A stretch of 64,000 nt of DNA from an uncultured Nitrososphaerales archaeon. GTDB lineage: Archaea > Thermoproteota > Nitrososphaeria > Nitrososphaerales > Nitrososphaeraceae. Below the pieces are notes generated by a model. That model worked only from the letters and a program-made list of their open reading frames with translations. It did not search any database and was not told the origin of the DNA. The stretch covers positions 480,001 through 544,000 of the forward strand of contig CAVQMO010000010.1 in assembly GCA_963713605.1 (NCBI GenBank), in the 5' to 3' direction. This document shows, in pieces, positions 32,975 through 45,281 of this stretch; the first letter of the stretch is position 1; each line of letters starts with the position of its first letter. The position numbers and the translations under genes were made by a program.

Positions 32975-34055
32975 AGTAGATCTGTAATACTACCCAGAAT
33001 ATAAGATTTTATCTACATTATTAATTGTTTAACAAAGAGATTGTAACCAATATCATGACGATGCATTCTACTACATTTCAACCATATCGAACACTGTTCC
33101 ATAGTGGAACCAAAAAGCTTTTAGAATCATGCAGATGGATTTACAATTAATATAACCCATAATGCCAACTTCGAAATCGAAGTTCGCTACAGATGAACAT
33201 CAATTAGTAGAAATCGATCTTGGTCCCAAATTCATAATACCATATGTGATACCAAGAGGCGTTTCGTTTCTAAATAATCATATAAGCGCGCGTTACTAAG
33301 AGATGATATAACTCAATACCGCTTCTCAAATGCATTTTTTTTAATACCCTATTCTAGTGCTAATTGAAAAGATCATTTCAGCTATATTATGTGCATTAAA
33401 AATTCATAGCTATATTCTATTACCAATGACCTGGAGTTGGGTGGCTAAATAATATTATGTTTAATCGCACAGTATTTGTGGTAGTAATGCCTAGGACGTC
33501 CGCTACTTACAATAGCATGATTGTTTGTGATGCGCCCTCCGCAAGAAATACAAAGTCCATTCTGCTTAGTTTCGATTATTCTGAGAATACGACTTATTTT
33601 TTCGTTGGGATTAATGATTAGTGGAAGTATCAGATCAGTGAGTACCAGAGTAGAAGCTAATGAGACTTTTTATATATTAAAGTAGATTGAATACGCAATA
33701 TATTTTGAGTAACATGACTGAAGCTAATTTTAAGTGATTATTACAATATTCGATATGCGAGGAACGGTTAAGTCTGCTTTAACATTTACGACTAGATTTA
33801 GAATCAGATTTAACCTGTTGAATCGTCGGTAGGCTCTGCACTACCTGATAATTAATTTGCGCAATTAAAGAATCGAATATCAAGACTCGACTGTGGAAGG
33901 AAGATGATGTGCCTCTCAACATTTATTTTACCAAGCCATTCTTGAAAATAGCCCGTTTGTAAGGGAACCATAACGTCAACCATGTGTGTTGACTCATGAA
34001 CTACATAAAACTATTATCCAGTCAAGTCCGTTTAGGATCTAGCGAGAGAAATTCA

Positions 34056-34786
34056 ATATTACTCCGGATGTTCTGGGAGTTATACATCTTGGCAGGGCCC
34101 ATTTTATCCTAAAGATATTGAAAATTCCAAGTGGTTAAAATATCATTCCAAGATCTTCAATTATGTTGTTACACACGACAAGAGACTAAGGAATTTCGAT
34201 GAAGATCAATTGGATTACTTCTTTATCAATCTCTGAACTAATCCAGTTGCCACCAACCATACAGATTGTAGAAGGTCTGGAGGCCTTAAAGAATATCCTT
34301 CCACACCTTGACAGAAGTTTCAGATATGCCGTAGAAAGACATAGATCCTGGTTTCAAGATCTTGCGTACAATCTCTTCGCAAACAATAAGATGTGTTTCG
34401 TATGGAGTCAATATGCAGATATACATACTCCTCCAATAGTCACTTCGGATTTTGTATTTGTAAGATTCATTAGTGACAGAACCATACAAGAAAAAAATTT
34501 CGGGCAAATTCAGATTGATAGGATAAAAGAAATGAAGAAGGTCGCGCGAAACTTCAAGGATAATATTAATGAAGGAAATTTATCAAATGTAAGGTGCTAT
34601 CATTGCACCAAACAATCATTACGCCGGCTTTGGCCCAGGTACAGTAAATATCTTCAGACAATTGTTGGGTCTAGAAGAAGCAAAATGGGGAAATGAGTAT
34701 GATTCAAAGGATGATCTTGGCGAGAGCTATAATGGGAACAAGAATAATCGCTCGTCTGTCCTACTTTTTCAAAGAAGAATTGAGTA
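34056..34786 (+). pseudogene. DUF72 family protein with deletions and frameshifts
   Basis: GCSG..Y.SW.GPFYP, VTH.KRL, QLPP, RYAVE.RH.SW, VRF, NNHYAGFGP fragments. Confidence 0.8.
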
Positions 34787-35001
34787 AAGTCTGAATTGGT
34801 CGATATTCTCACTATAAGCCATATCATTTTTTTCTATAAGACGGAGTTCGACGTATCGCCGATACCTTCTAATTCAGATTTGAAGGCACAAACACACATT
34901 AATAACGATTGATTTTCAATGATGTTGGGAGATGTCAAGTCTCCCGATGCGTCATTCCGTCAAATACAATAAAATTAGATTTCGAATAAGCCTTATCACA
35001 A

Positions 35002-35316
35002 TTGAAAATATCTGAACTATGTAAAATGATTGAATATTCGATTCAATCTGGAAGATATCCTCTAGATCAGGAAACTGAAAGACAATTGTCGGGTCTCGTG
35101 CAAGTAATCAACAGATCTTCGTCTGATGACCTCAAAGAGAGTGACATCAAAATAGAAGTAAGATTACAAGATCTTTACGTATTGAACAACTACATTCAAA
35201 GTATCCAACATCTACCAGGAGTCATTGAAATCGATGCATTAGATTCCTTTAAGATGCTGAGTAGGCGTACTGGAAGAAAAGAGAAACCTAATATTTCATT
35301 TCATTCACCGAACTAG
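35002..35316 (+). CDS. Hypothetical protein
   Basis: TTG-start ORF with protein-like composition. Confidence 0.7.
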   Translation: MKISELCKMIEYSIQSGRYPLDQETERQLSGLVQVINRSSSDDLKESDIKIEVRLQDLYVLNNYIQSIQHLPGVIEIDALDSFKMLSRRTGRKEKPNISFHSPN

Positions 35317-35703
35317 GACATCATTATTTCAAAAATTTGGTATTTAGAAGGGATAAATACCATTATACAATCCCTTTGAGGCTATTCTGTCAATGGCAAT
35401 CGAACCTTTAGTGTACTAATTCTATTCAAAAATCCGATTTCATTTTCAAATAAAACTTAATATTCGGTAGGTATTACCATGGAGAGCTTGAAAGCTTATT
35501 CAGATTTTAGACTTAGGTTTTTCAAGATCACTAAGGTTTGAGTTGTCGTCATAACCAGTTGATTGACACTATCATAGCCAATCTTGGAGAGCCATTGGCT
35601 CAGATTCAAATGTTTATATAAAACTAAGAAAATGTAGCGTTACTGTAGAAAAATAGATGGAATGGATGGACGGATGGAATCCTATACTGTTAAAGCATGA
35701 AAG

Positions 35704-36843
35704 TTATCCACCTATTGTATGCATCAAATTCAAAGAAGATTTTAATGCGTTTGCCTTAATGATCTTGATTATCCCTTCGGGCTTTTTCACCACATTTTCT
35801 GCAATCTTCTTCTTAATATAATAATTTGGCTTGCCGCTTCTCAGCATATTCCTAAGATCATATCCTGGGTTTTCATAAAGACATGTCAACAATCTGCCAT
35901 CTGAAGTTAGTCGCATTCTATCGCAGCTGGCGCAGAAAGGCTCAGTCATTGATGGGATAAATCCAATTATCCCCCTTCCATCACAAAATGAGAAAAGTGT
36001 AGCAGGATCGGATTTATGGTTTTGGTTGTAATATTTATTTGGATTATTCATGTGGTTTATACTATTGGTATCATTGGGGTCGCAATTTGAAGTATTATTT
36101 AAAGGCATCACTTCTCCCAGGTTTCTAGTTATCAGATCGATCATTTCTCTTTTACTATAAACCAAATTTGATTGCCAAATTCCGCTCCCATCTAATGGCA
36201 TAAATTCTATAAAGCGTACTATGTGTCCAGTATCTCGTGCAAAATTAGCAAAATCAACAATTTCATCGTCGTTCCACCCTCTTATTACCACGGTGTTAAT
36301 TTTTACATTTAAGCCGGCACTTTCAGCAGCACTAATGGCTTCAATTACTTTGTTGAAGCTATTTATGCCGGTTATCTCTTTGAATCTTGATGGTCTAAAG
36401 GTATCGAGACTTATATTAACGCCTTCAAGTCCAGCTGCTTTCAACACTCTGGCTTTTTCTCCAAATAACATGCCATTCGTTGTCATGCTAATTGATTTAA
36501 TACCCTCTATCCTGGTCAATGTAACTATGAGGTTCTCTATATTTGGTCTTAGGAGAGGTTCTCCTCCTGTCAGTCTTATTCGCTCTATGCCAAGATCCGC
36601 CAGAATAGAAACAAGCCTTGAGATCTCACGATAATCTAATATATTATGCTCATTAAACCATCTAACCTTTCCTCTTGGCATGCAATACATGCAACGCATA
36701 TTGCATCTGTCTGTAACTGAGATCCTAAGTTTTTTTGCAATTCTACCAAAGTTATCAACGAGTACCTTCTTGCCCTCACGATCATCATGTTCATCTATTT
36801 GATGCTGTCTCCTTTCCACCTCCCTTATTTCCTCCCCGTCCAC
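35704..36843 (-). CDS. moaA: GTP 3',8-cyclase (molybdenum cofactor biosynthesis radical SAM)
   Basis: LRISVTDRCNMRCMYC, LTGGEPL, RFIEFMP, FCASCDRMRLTSDG...CL, C-terminal IGG. Confidence 0.97.
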   Translation of the reverse strand: MDGEEIREVERRQHQIDEHDDREGKKVLVDNFGRIAKKLRISVTDRCNMRCMYCMPRGKVRWFNEHNILDYREISRLVSILADLGIERIRLTGGEPLLRPNIENLIVTLTRIEGIKSISMTTNGMLFGEKARVLKAAGLEGVNISLDTFRPSRFKEITGINSFNKVIEAISAAESAGLNVKINTVVIRGWNDDEIVDFANFARDTGHIVRFIEFMPLDGSGIWQSNLVYSKREMIDLITRNLGEVMPLNNTSNCDPNDTNSINHMNNPNKYYNQNHKSDPATLFSFCDGRGIIGFIPSMTEPFCASCDRMRLTSDGRLLTCLYENPGYDLRNMLRSGKPNYYIKKKIAENVVKKPEGIIKIIKANALKSSLNLMHTIGG

Positions 36844-36909
36844 CTTACAGTATCATACAATTCGATAACCACAATTTTAGCCTTTAATCCATCCTCGCTA
36901 TCTTGTAAA

Positions 36910-37564
36910 TCATTTTTCTAATCGTTTGATTTGTTCCAGAAAATAGTGCTTCCATCCTATAGGTAAAGCATCAACTTTTACTGCACGTCGCATCGTTTGG
37001 AAATCCTCCCTTTCAATTGAGTATAGTCGCGCTATGTCACTAATAGTAATTCGATTTGGATCTTTTGTAATTTGCTCAATCGAATCACCTGTTGCGACTT
37101 CACCTTCCTTTGATACCTTAAAGTATATTCCAGAACGGCCGCTAGCCAGAAACTTTTTGATGATATCCATACGTCCGAATTTAACCCCAAGTTTGTAACA
37201 AGGCATCCGTGGCTGTGTTGCTATTAACAGTGGCAGATCCTATTCTAAAAGTATCACCTACGTTAATCTCGCTCTCGATCAGTCCTTCTACGGTAAGGTT
37301 TTCTCCAAACATTCCGCTTGGCATCGCTAAATCGGGAAAAACGCTGTGCCAATATGCGTAATGCTTCACAGAAGATGCATAAACTGCTTTATCAGGCCCA
37401 CCATGCACAGTTAAATCTGCTTGTCTGTCACCGTCAAGATTAAACGTTTTCAACCTTATACGTCCCTTAACTGGCTCTTTGAAAATACCTGTTGTTAATT
37501 TCTGCCCCTCAAAATCAATCTCTTTTGGAAGGGATACATTGACAGAAAGTATTCTAGCCGTCAT
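36910..37564 (-). CDS. MOSC domain protein (YiiM-like), +1 frameshift near 37225
   Basis: TGIFK, GD.QADL.VHGGPDKAV, FGENL, then QPRMPCYKL, GRSG.YF.V..EG. Confidence 0.9.
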
Positions 37565-38109
37565 TCGTGTGCCTCCGATTGAAGGATATTTTCAACACAC
37601 GTATATTATGTCACAGATATTTAAGTATCTGGGAGCACAGATTAGCAGATATATTTGCGCAGGTATATGTAACTGGCCCTTGCGATGAGGAAGCAACTAA
37701 TATCATCATCATCTAATGTGAATCCAACTTTAAACACAAGCAGCACAACAGCAACGCCTGTTCATGAAGGAAAGCGACCACCACAGTAACAGAAGGCTTG
37801 CGGTCCAGATAAACTCAGATAATAGTCAAATAATCACAGATCAACAAGATGCTATATTCGGCCAGCTGTTTCAAGGGAAGAAGAATATAGACCAAAACAA
37901 AGCAAATGACTTTGACTTCTGTCTGTACATTCGTTATTTAGTGTGCTATGCTATGTCTATTCTGTTTTATCGCCTTTGTTAGATGCAGCTGACGGGACTA
38001 ATCACCTCCAGGTGTTTATGAATTGGAGCTGGATGCATGATTACAGATGTAAAGAGCAGACGAATAGGGATTGCAGGAAGAAATAAGGAATAAGAAACGA
38101 AAAAAGAGA

Positions 38110-38946
38110 TCAGTCGCTTATTGAGACAAAGTTGCTGCCAAAGTTGGTGCAGCTACTTCCATCTACACATCCATCAATGCTTTGCACATTGCTTTGTTCC
38201 ACTGTATTCCCTATAGAGGACTCAAACAGAGCTGTGTTCTCAGCAGCACTAAAACATACAGAACCTTGAGCACATCCAAGGTTTGTTTGCAAGTTTTGCT
38301 GGGTCAATATATTGCCCCTACCTATGCCTTGTTGTGACGCATAATTAATTGCATAATTCTGGCATAAGGAACCGTCTAGACACTGACCATTCATCTGAAT
38401 GTTAGAATGAAAAATGGTATCGGCTACAGAGAAACCTTGTGATGCTAGATTGAATGCTTGATTGAAGCATCCAGATCCGACGCAATCAATGTTAAACTGA
38501 TCATTAGATTGGTAAATGTCACTAAACTGCGTAGCAAACTGTAACGCTTGATTAAGGCCTTCATTACCAGCAGCAGCTCCAGGACCCATTATCCCCAAGT
38601 TTTGTTGGTTGTTGTTTTGCAGTACAATATTTGGAAAGCTAGACTGCAGAAAAGCATAGTTTGTTGATAAGTTGATACAACTAGCATCGGAGCATATTGC
38701 ATTTAACTGGAATGCGTTTTGGTTAACGAATGCATCACGGAAAGAAACGTCAGCAAAATTGGTATATGGAAAGAGGGGAGATAGTGGTCCATTGAAGCAG
38801 CTTGCAGCACTCATACAATCTATATTGTACTGCTGCTCATTTTGAATTATCTGGTTACCGAATGCATAGGCTTCCTGTGCCCCCAGTATAGACGATAAGT
38901 TTCCTGCTGTAGAAGCAGTCATGGCTACTGCAGCCGTCGTCGACAT
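38110..38946 (-). CDS. Secreted Gln/Asn/Cys-rich repeat protein (seven ~35-aa repeats)
   Basis: Signal-like N-terminus ending AQEAYA; repeats of Q-x-N-x-Q-x-N-x-x-C-x4/5-C-x-N-x-A-x-N; the true start may be upstream at about 39013 with a frameshift. Confidence 0.85.
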   Translation of the reverse strand: MSTTAAVAMTASTAGNLSSILGAQEAYAFGNQIIQNEQQYNIDCMSAASCFNGPLSPLFPYTNFADVSFRDAFVNQNAFQLNAICSDASCINLSTNYAFLQSSFPNIVLQNNNQQNLGIMGPGAAAGNEGLNQALQFATQFSDIYQSNDQFNIDCVGSGCFNQAFNLASQGFSVADTIFHSNIQMNGQCLDGSLCQNYAINYASQQGIGRGNILTQQNLQTNLGCAQGSVCFSAAENTALFESSIGNTVEQSNVQSIDGCVDGSSCTNFGSNFVSISD

Positions 38947-39329
38947 CGCTGTGCCGGAAAGTTTACAGCCGTAGATACGCCTTCTTTCAAGTCATATCGC
39001 GATATTGGTCCATTAGCGCCACTTATTCTTATATATGACAATATTCAGTAATATTCTTACTTTTTATTCTTATATAAGTAATCTGAACGATTTTGCTGTA
39101 AAAGTGATACTTTGCCGATTTTGAGGTAATCTTCTTTCGTAAGGCTAGTGGCTATGGCTCTCCTCTTGTCTGATAGCAATCCATTCCCAGATAGGTTAGC
39201 AGTCACAGTGTCTGCAACTTTGCTCACAAACCATCTGGCTTGTTGGCTCAGGCAGCAACAAAAGCAACAATCGCGCTAGCAGCACGGTTTGAATGAACGA
39301 TTGAATGAATTTCATCGCTGTTTAACGAG

Positions 39330-39524
39330 ATGAAGCAAATGCTTGTCAACCTTGAAAAAGGAACCCGGAAGAAGTTGGTTAAAGAGTTCCACCAGAGGAC
39401 TGGTAACGAACTCCAAGATGAGTGGTATGAATCTGAGGATTATGAAGACTGGATGAGGTCACTACATCCTGACTATGATGAGGTTGTTAGTCGTCGCGAA
39501 CAAATAAGTAAAGTAAACCGTTAG
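39330..39524 (+). CDS. Hypothetical protein
   Basis: Short acidic/aromatic ORF with ATG start. Confidence 0.45.
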   Translation: MKQMLVNLEKGTRKKLVKEFHQRTGNELQDEWYESEDYEDWMRSLHPDYDEVVSRREQISKVNR

Positions 39525-39837
39525 TTACCTTGGGTTCCCGCGTTTGCAGAGCCTCAGAGACTCATCCAGATATTACTGCCATCATTTAATCATCGCACGA
39601 CCAATTTTCTGCCTGGTTTCAAGAGTCCACTTCTTACCACGATCGATTTAATATCTGCAGAACGTTAGCATATAGTTCATCACCAGATGTTAACAAGAAC
39701 TTGAAGACACCACTTCCAACATTGGTGTTATCAGAAGGTGGGGTACCTACTACACATATACTAGTAGTTAAGATTACACGTACTAATATTTTTAAAGCAA
39801 AGGAAGACTAAGGATAAGTTGAGTTGATTTCAAAATA

Positions 39838-40020
39838 ATGCCACTGGCAGCAATGTTGAAGCCTTCAACTCGGCCAGTTGTCGAGGTGACATGTCCAGAT
39901 GCTAACTGCGGATATGTTACGACAACGGTACGAGTCAATAGTCAGTTCATTAATTGCAGCAAGTGTCACAAGGCAATAAAAATATCCTTTAACAGAAAAA
40001 AGGCGGAAGGAGGGAATTGA
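39838..40020 (+). CDS. Small Zn-ribbon protein
   Basis: CPDANC...CSKC; TATA-like TTTTAAA upstream. Confidence 0.65.
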   Translation: MPLAAMLKPSTRPVVEVTCPDANCGYVTTTVRVNSQFINCSKCHKAIKISFNRKKAEGGN

Positions 40021-40411
40021 CTTGGTACCTCAATCTTCTTTCCGCTTTGATTGCCGTTGTGATACACAGCCCTTCATGCAGAGGTACGAAGACCGATTCG
40101 TTCGAGCGATAGATCATTCTACTGAATTTAGCGCTAGACGATTGGATTCTCTTCGCTTAGGGAGTGGTACGCTTGACTAACATACAGCAATCTGGAATAA
40201 ATAATTTCGCGATCCAAAACGCCTGCACTGAGTACCTTTGGGATCAAGTTACTTCTCTATTTTGCAATCGCGGCCATCCATTGCCTGTTCATTCTCGCAA
40301 CAACGATCCTAGGCATAGTCATTGTGTAATCCGCGGATGCCCCTGTAGTTATTGCACACCGTACAAGTCATGCGTCCAAAGAAACGGCCACTCGCGGAGG
40401 GTTCATGGTAG

Positions 40412-40699
40412 ATGACGAGAACTACGAAGGACACTTTGTTCACAGAGAAGCCCATCAAACATTATGAAGATATTGGACTAAGACCTGTGGGGATATTTCT
40501 TCCCAGTAATGCCGCCGGGTTAGAATGGAAAAAGGCATATCCAGATCCCGAATTTCGATGGTCTACTACTACACTACCGATTAAGCAAGATCGGTATGCG
40601 TTCGAAAATGGTGCTACGATGCTCGGACGCACGCACATTAAAGACCCAGAAACAGGGCAATATTATAATCTAAATGTATTAGATACCGTCATCAATTAA
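40412..40699 (+). CDS. Hypothetical protein
   Basis: ATGA overlap with the upstream ORF; protein-like composition. Confidence 0.55.
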   Translation: MTRTTKDTLFTEKPIKHYEDIGLRPVGIFLPSNAAGLEWKKAYPDPEFRWSTTTLPIKQDRYAFENGATMLGRTHIKDPETGQYYNLNVLDTVIN

Positions 40700-41661
40700 T
40701 AGATGCATCCTCTTGGGACTGGGTAACGGACAGGTTACGAGATCTAGTTAAGGAGTTCCTATTAAGTGTCGGAGTAGTAAACGGTGATTACAGCCAGAGT
40801 CTACTTGATGTCTTCAAGAAATCCACGTTTGTCACAAAGACTCGGAAGGCGTATGGTCATCGCAACTTTTGGCTGTCAAGACAGCAGAGGAAGGCAATTG
40901 GAACCGCTGATTGCAGAAAGGGACGCGAGTTTGAAATCAAGACTGATAACTCTCTTGGTTTATGCACATTTTTTCCATATAAAGTTTTTAAGATTAGGAA
41001 GGCCCTATGTAGGAGTAAATATGGCTAAGGTTCCAAAGGTTCCATATGGTATCCGAGTGTTCTCAGAAATAATGCACTTGAATCTTGAGCTGTGATTTGT
41101 GGTTGACTTATTTTCTTTCCCGCAGTATTGGTCATACGCGATTATACTCATTGTATAAACACAATCCAGCCAGTTAAATGCTCCTTGAATCCCATTTCTC
41201 CGAAACTATTCTTCCAAAGTAATTTGCACTAATCTATCTGGTTCGGTCGGATACAATACACTATATCATCTAATTCTATTCTAACATTTTTATCATCCAG
41301 ATCTGGAAATACAATATCAATGATCTTTTTCATAACATCATTTTGATCAATGGCAACTTATATACTCAGATGTATTATGCCGGTTAATTTCAATCTTAGG
41401 AAGACTATTACTCATTGATACTCAATCTATGCTAGTATAATGTATTTACGTCACGTACCATGTACCACTCTTACTGCCGTCCCCTCTCGAGATCTTGCAT
41501 TCTAGCTGTCAAAGCCATTAATTGATCAGAAAGGTGTGCTATGGCATCATCCTTCATCTTATCCCTTTCTCTAAATGACTGGTTTAGCTCTTCTAGTTCC
41601 TCTGTTTTGCTTTGAATATCTGCACCTTGTCTTTCGAGTTGATGCACATTCAGAAACGTAA

Positions 41662-41803
41662 GAACTAAAGCGTAGGATAGGTGAGTTCGAAAATATTTAG
41701 GAGTATTACACTGAAGAACAGATTTGGCAGATGAGATATGGAGACAACATGCAGATCATACCTGTAACATCCATCATTCAGAACCTGATAGTATCGCTAA
41801 GAC
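41662..41803 (+). pseudogene. Terminase-large-subunit-like remnant with stop and internal deletion
   Basis: ELKRRIGEFENI*EYYTEEQIWQMRYGDNMQIIPV / HPS..NLIVSLR, homologous to 61187-61385. Confidence 0.7.
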
Positions 41804-41859
41804 CAAAACGTAGAATTAAAGATAAGGTTAGAATTCTCAAATATTGTAAACCCACAAGA

Positions 41860-42770
41860 TCCAAGTTCTAGTTATCAAGTTATAGTTAGAACCAGAAATG
41901 CAGCGAATGTTGTGATGGATGGCCCTACTCTTTCTGTAGCATATAACATAAAGCAGATAGGCACTGATGATTTAGAAAACGGTGCAATTACAACCGACAA
42001 GATACTCCAGGGGCGGTAACCGGAAACAAGTTAGAAGGGACGACAAAACTAGAATTTGGTACGTGTACGAGGTTCCTGCCTTCGATTCCTCCATTACAAT
42101 TCAGGGACATAATTTGCCCTACCCCACAAGGGGTACAACCTGGTGATCAGATTGTTGTAGAACATAGTAGCCTTACGATTTGTTGCCCTGAACCGGTACA
42201 TACCAATTCGGTCATCTCCACCAGCGGTCTTGCATTTGGATTCATAAATCCGAGTGAATTCTATTTTACTTATAGCGTACCCGTAACAATAAGTTATATT
42301 ATTTTTAGAACTCAATAACACAAGAACGAAATATGTGTTATAGCCCTCTTGTGCATCTGTTACCCATATTTTTATCAGATTTGGGATATAACTAAACAGA
42401 TTATTCTATCAGAACTCGCTTTATGCGTCTTTGAACCTCCGAAGAATCTCTGATTAACAGATGAACTTGAGGCTTATGTACTAGTCGATACAATTACTAC
42501 GACCATAGCATTGTAAGAACAATGACAGGTATTTTATAACCTTCAATCGAACTCTCGAATCTCATATAAAAGTTCCAATATAAAATGGGTATTCCAAAAT
42601 AACCTAGGTACGGTAAGTAAGTATGGACAAACGTTAACCTATACAGTAACCAATGCTGTCAACGTACCAGCAGGTACAAAGATAAGATTAGAGTTTGCGA
42701 ATAACAATAACCCACTAACTCCCAGTGCTAATTATCAGGTTATAGTTATGACAAGAGGTGACATGACTTT
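41860..42770 (+). pseudogene. Fragments of a decayed surface/secreted protein
   Basis: IGTDDLENGAITTDKI..GAVTGNKL repeat-like piece and GQTLTYTVTNAVNVPAGTKIRLEF piece. Confidence 0.4.
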
Positions 42771-44340
42771 TAACTTATCGCAGGAGGCAATTAAGAAGTG
42801 GGTGATGAATTCGAAATGAGAAGTCTAATCAGAAATAACTTGATTCGTTGTTTCCAGTTCCTTCTTACAACATGCACATAGGTATACCCAACTACCTGCC
42901 AGTTGAACCTGGTAGCCCCTTCACTATTTCTACAAAATGTCCATGTTACGCTTTTTCTTGCAAAACTGCCCTCCTCAACCGTTTTCATCCATTTTTGTCT
43001 TCCTATCATCATTGAAAACTATCTCTAAATCGAAAAACTGTGTATATACAAAATATATTCACGGGATTAGCCAGGCCAAGGTCGATATCGCAATATGGTA
43101 ACCAGGCTATTGCCTTGCCCTATCCACTGTATGATAGTGTGCGATTGAGGTAAAAGATTAAAAGAGCTTTCCGGAACTTGGTTACCCTTATGCCTCCATA
43201 GAACCGAATAAACCTTGTCAGCAACTCACTACCCTAAGGTGTCAAGTCAAGAGAAATTTTGACATGTTCATTGAGACATAGTCGAGCTATTGGTTAAGCT
43301 ATAACGTTATCTAGAAGAATAACAACCTATATTTGTCGTATGTGAAAAAATTTATAGTGCCGACCGAACCTCTAGTTCAACTTGCAGACCGGCCAATCAT
43401 ATCATCTAGCAGTGATATTGATACATCTGGCCTGGAACCATTGGAGATACAGTTGATTGCTAAATTGATGAAGTTGTATATATACATTGAATTTTTATCT
43501 TTAGAAATCCATATTTATGCATTTAACTTTGCCAATTGAGAATGTTATCTAATATCATGTCTCGATTCATACCGCAACTATCATGTCACGATAAAACTAG
43601 TATGTCGTGAAAGTGTTACTATGGAACAGTGATGTCAACTCCAACTACCAAAACTAGCTTGATGGTTTTAGACACTCTGTGAGTGATCATCACGAATGCA
43701 GAAGCCATAGCTTTTACTGTATTGGTATTTCACCGTACTTTACCAACTGTCCCGTTCTGCTGGAACTGAGCTCCTATAGGTCGGGAATCAAATCAATTTT
43801 GTTTCTGCTATAGGAAGACCCGTTGATGATCGTTGGGTTTTCCATGAAATAATATTATTCAATAATACGCAAAGCGAATCATTGTCTTTACTAAATAATA
43901 GTATCGGTTTATCCAAGGATACTGTTGGCAATGAGCCAGATTATATCTGACTATAATCTAACTAATTTGGTAAGTCTTCTCAGATGAATTCTATGTTACG
44001 AGATCCTGAAAGTCATCACTTCACTTTTTTTTAATTATAATCCATATTTTATTTATGTTCAGGCTGCTTTATCCAAGATTTGGGTTTTTGCAGACTTGGA
44101 TTATAATGACATTTTACACAGTTTATCTGCATATTAAAACACTGCTTAAACTTTCAGATTCTGAACATTCATGGTGCCATAAACATTTCACTAATTGTTA
44201 AGTATTGTCCTTACATCTACCAAAGGACTACAGATCCTGTGATAATAGAAATGATTCGATAATACAACGAGTAAAACTCTAATTCGCTAAGGCGTCCCGG
44301 ACTTTTGATGATAGGTTAGAAGAAGACACGAACTATGACG

Positions 44341-44439
44341 ACGACCGTCGAGAATGGCGAAGGTGCTTTCGACAAGGAAGCAACTAGTCATGATGACTTA
44401 TTTGATGCATTCCGTTTATCTCTGCAGTTCTGGCATTAG
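44341..44439 (+). pseudogene. Terminase-large-subunit-like C-terminal remnant
   Basis: TVENGEGAFDKEATSHDDLFDAFRLSLQFWH*; HDD..D..R is the last nuclease motif. Confidence 0.7.
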
Positions 44440-44696
44440 CCTTCGGTCAGCAGACGCCAAGCGTGATACTCTACTACTGCTTCTCGATTGCTGTTTTTGT
44501 CGTTGTCGCTCTGCTTTATGAACTCTGCAAAGTTTGTACAATCCATTATACTGTTACAGTAAATGCAAATCCATCTCATCTTATCTCACTGTAAAGTACT
44601 CATAACGCAGACATTGTTTATATAACATTCTTATATAGTTCTGAAACAATGAGATGACGACGGTGGTTCTGCATTCTTCACTCTCTTTTTGTCCTT

Positions 44697-45105
44697 TCAC
44701 AGATCATTGTATTCTCTCGACCCACCGAGATGCCACTCAGGTGGTTCAAAAGGATCTGCATAGTAATGCGTTTCATGTGCGATCTTACCATTTCTGAACT
44801 CCATGATACCTACCGCATTAATTGGACGCCTATCATTATAGGTGATAGCTAATTCAGTTATCCAGAGATTTTCTTCTCTACGAACTCGCAGGGTTTTAAA
44901 AGTGACTTTAGCGGGGTAATGTGACCTGAGTTCGTATCTGTCGTGCTTACCGTTCGCCGGACTGTACATTATGGCAGCTATTTGTTTTGTTCTATCATAG
45001 CTTCCGTAATGAACAAGATTGCTCAACTCTATTCTTTCAAATCTTTCTGGCTTTTCTGCTAGATATCCTAATGCAATTATGCCTATGGGCTTAATTGTTG
45101 ATGCT
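44697..45105 (-). pseudogene. Chimera: nitroreductase C-terminal fragment joined in frame to a SnoaL/NTF2-like fragment
   Basis: KPIGIIALGY.AEKP...ERI.LSNLVHY followed by LRSHYP...LWITE..ITY......VGIMEFRNGKIAHET.YYADPF.PPEW. Confidence 0.65.
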
Positions 45106-45128
45106 TCTCAAAATAATAAAAGTTTCTT

Positions 45129-45281
45129 CTAGATTGCACCTCTCCTCTCTCCAGACGTAGGAGCAGGAGGAGTAGATTTCCGCTCTTCCGACTTTCTTTT
45201 TGCTCTTGAGCTAAACAATATCCCTGTTAGTACTGCAAAGGCACCCACCACAATTCCATACATGAATACTTGATCTGCCAT
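45129..45281 (-). CDS. 50-aa single-TM microprotein (absent from the ORF track)
   Basis: MADQVFMYGIVVGAFAVLTGILFSSRAKRK..., TATA-like motif upstream. Confidence 0.55.
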   Translation of the reverse strand: MADQVFMYGIVVGAFAVLTGILFSSRAKRKSEERKSTPPAPTSGERRGAI

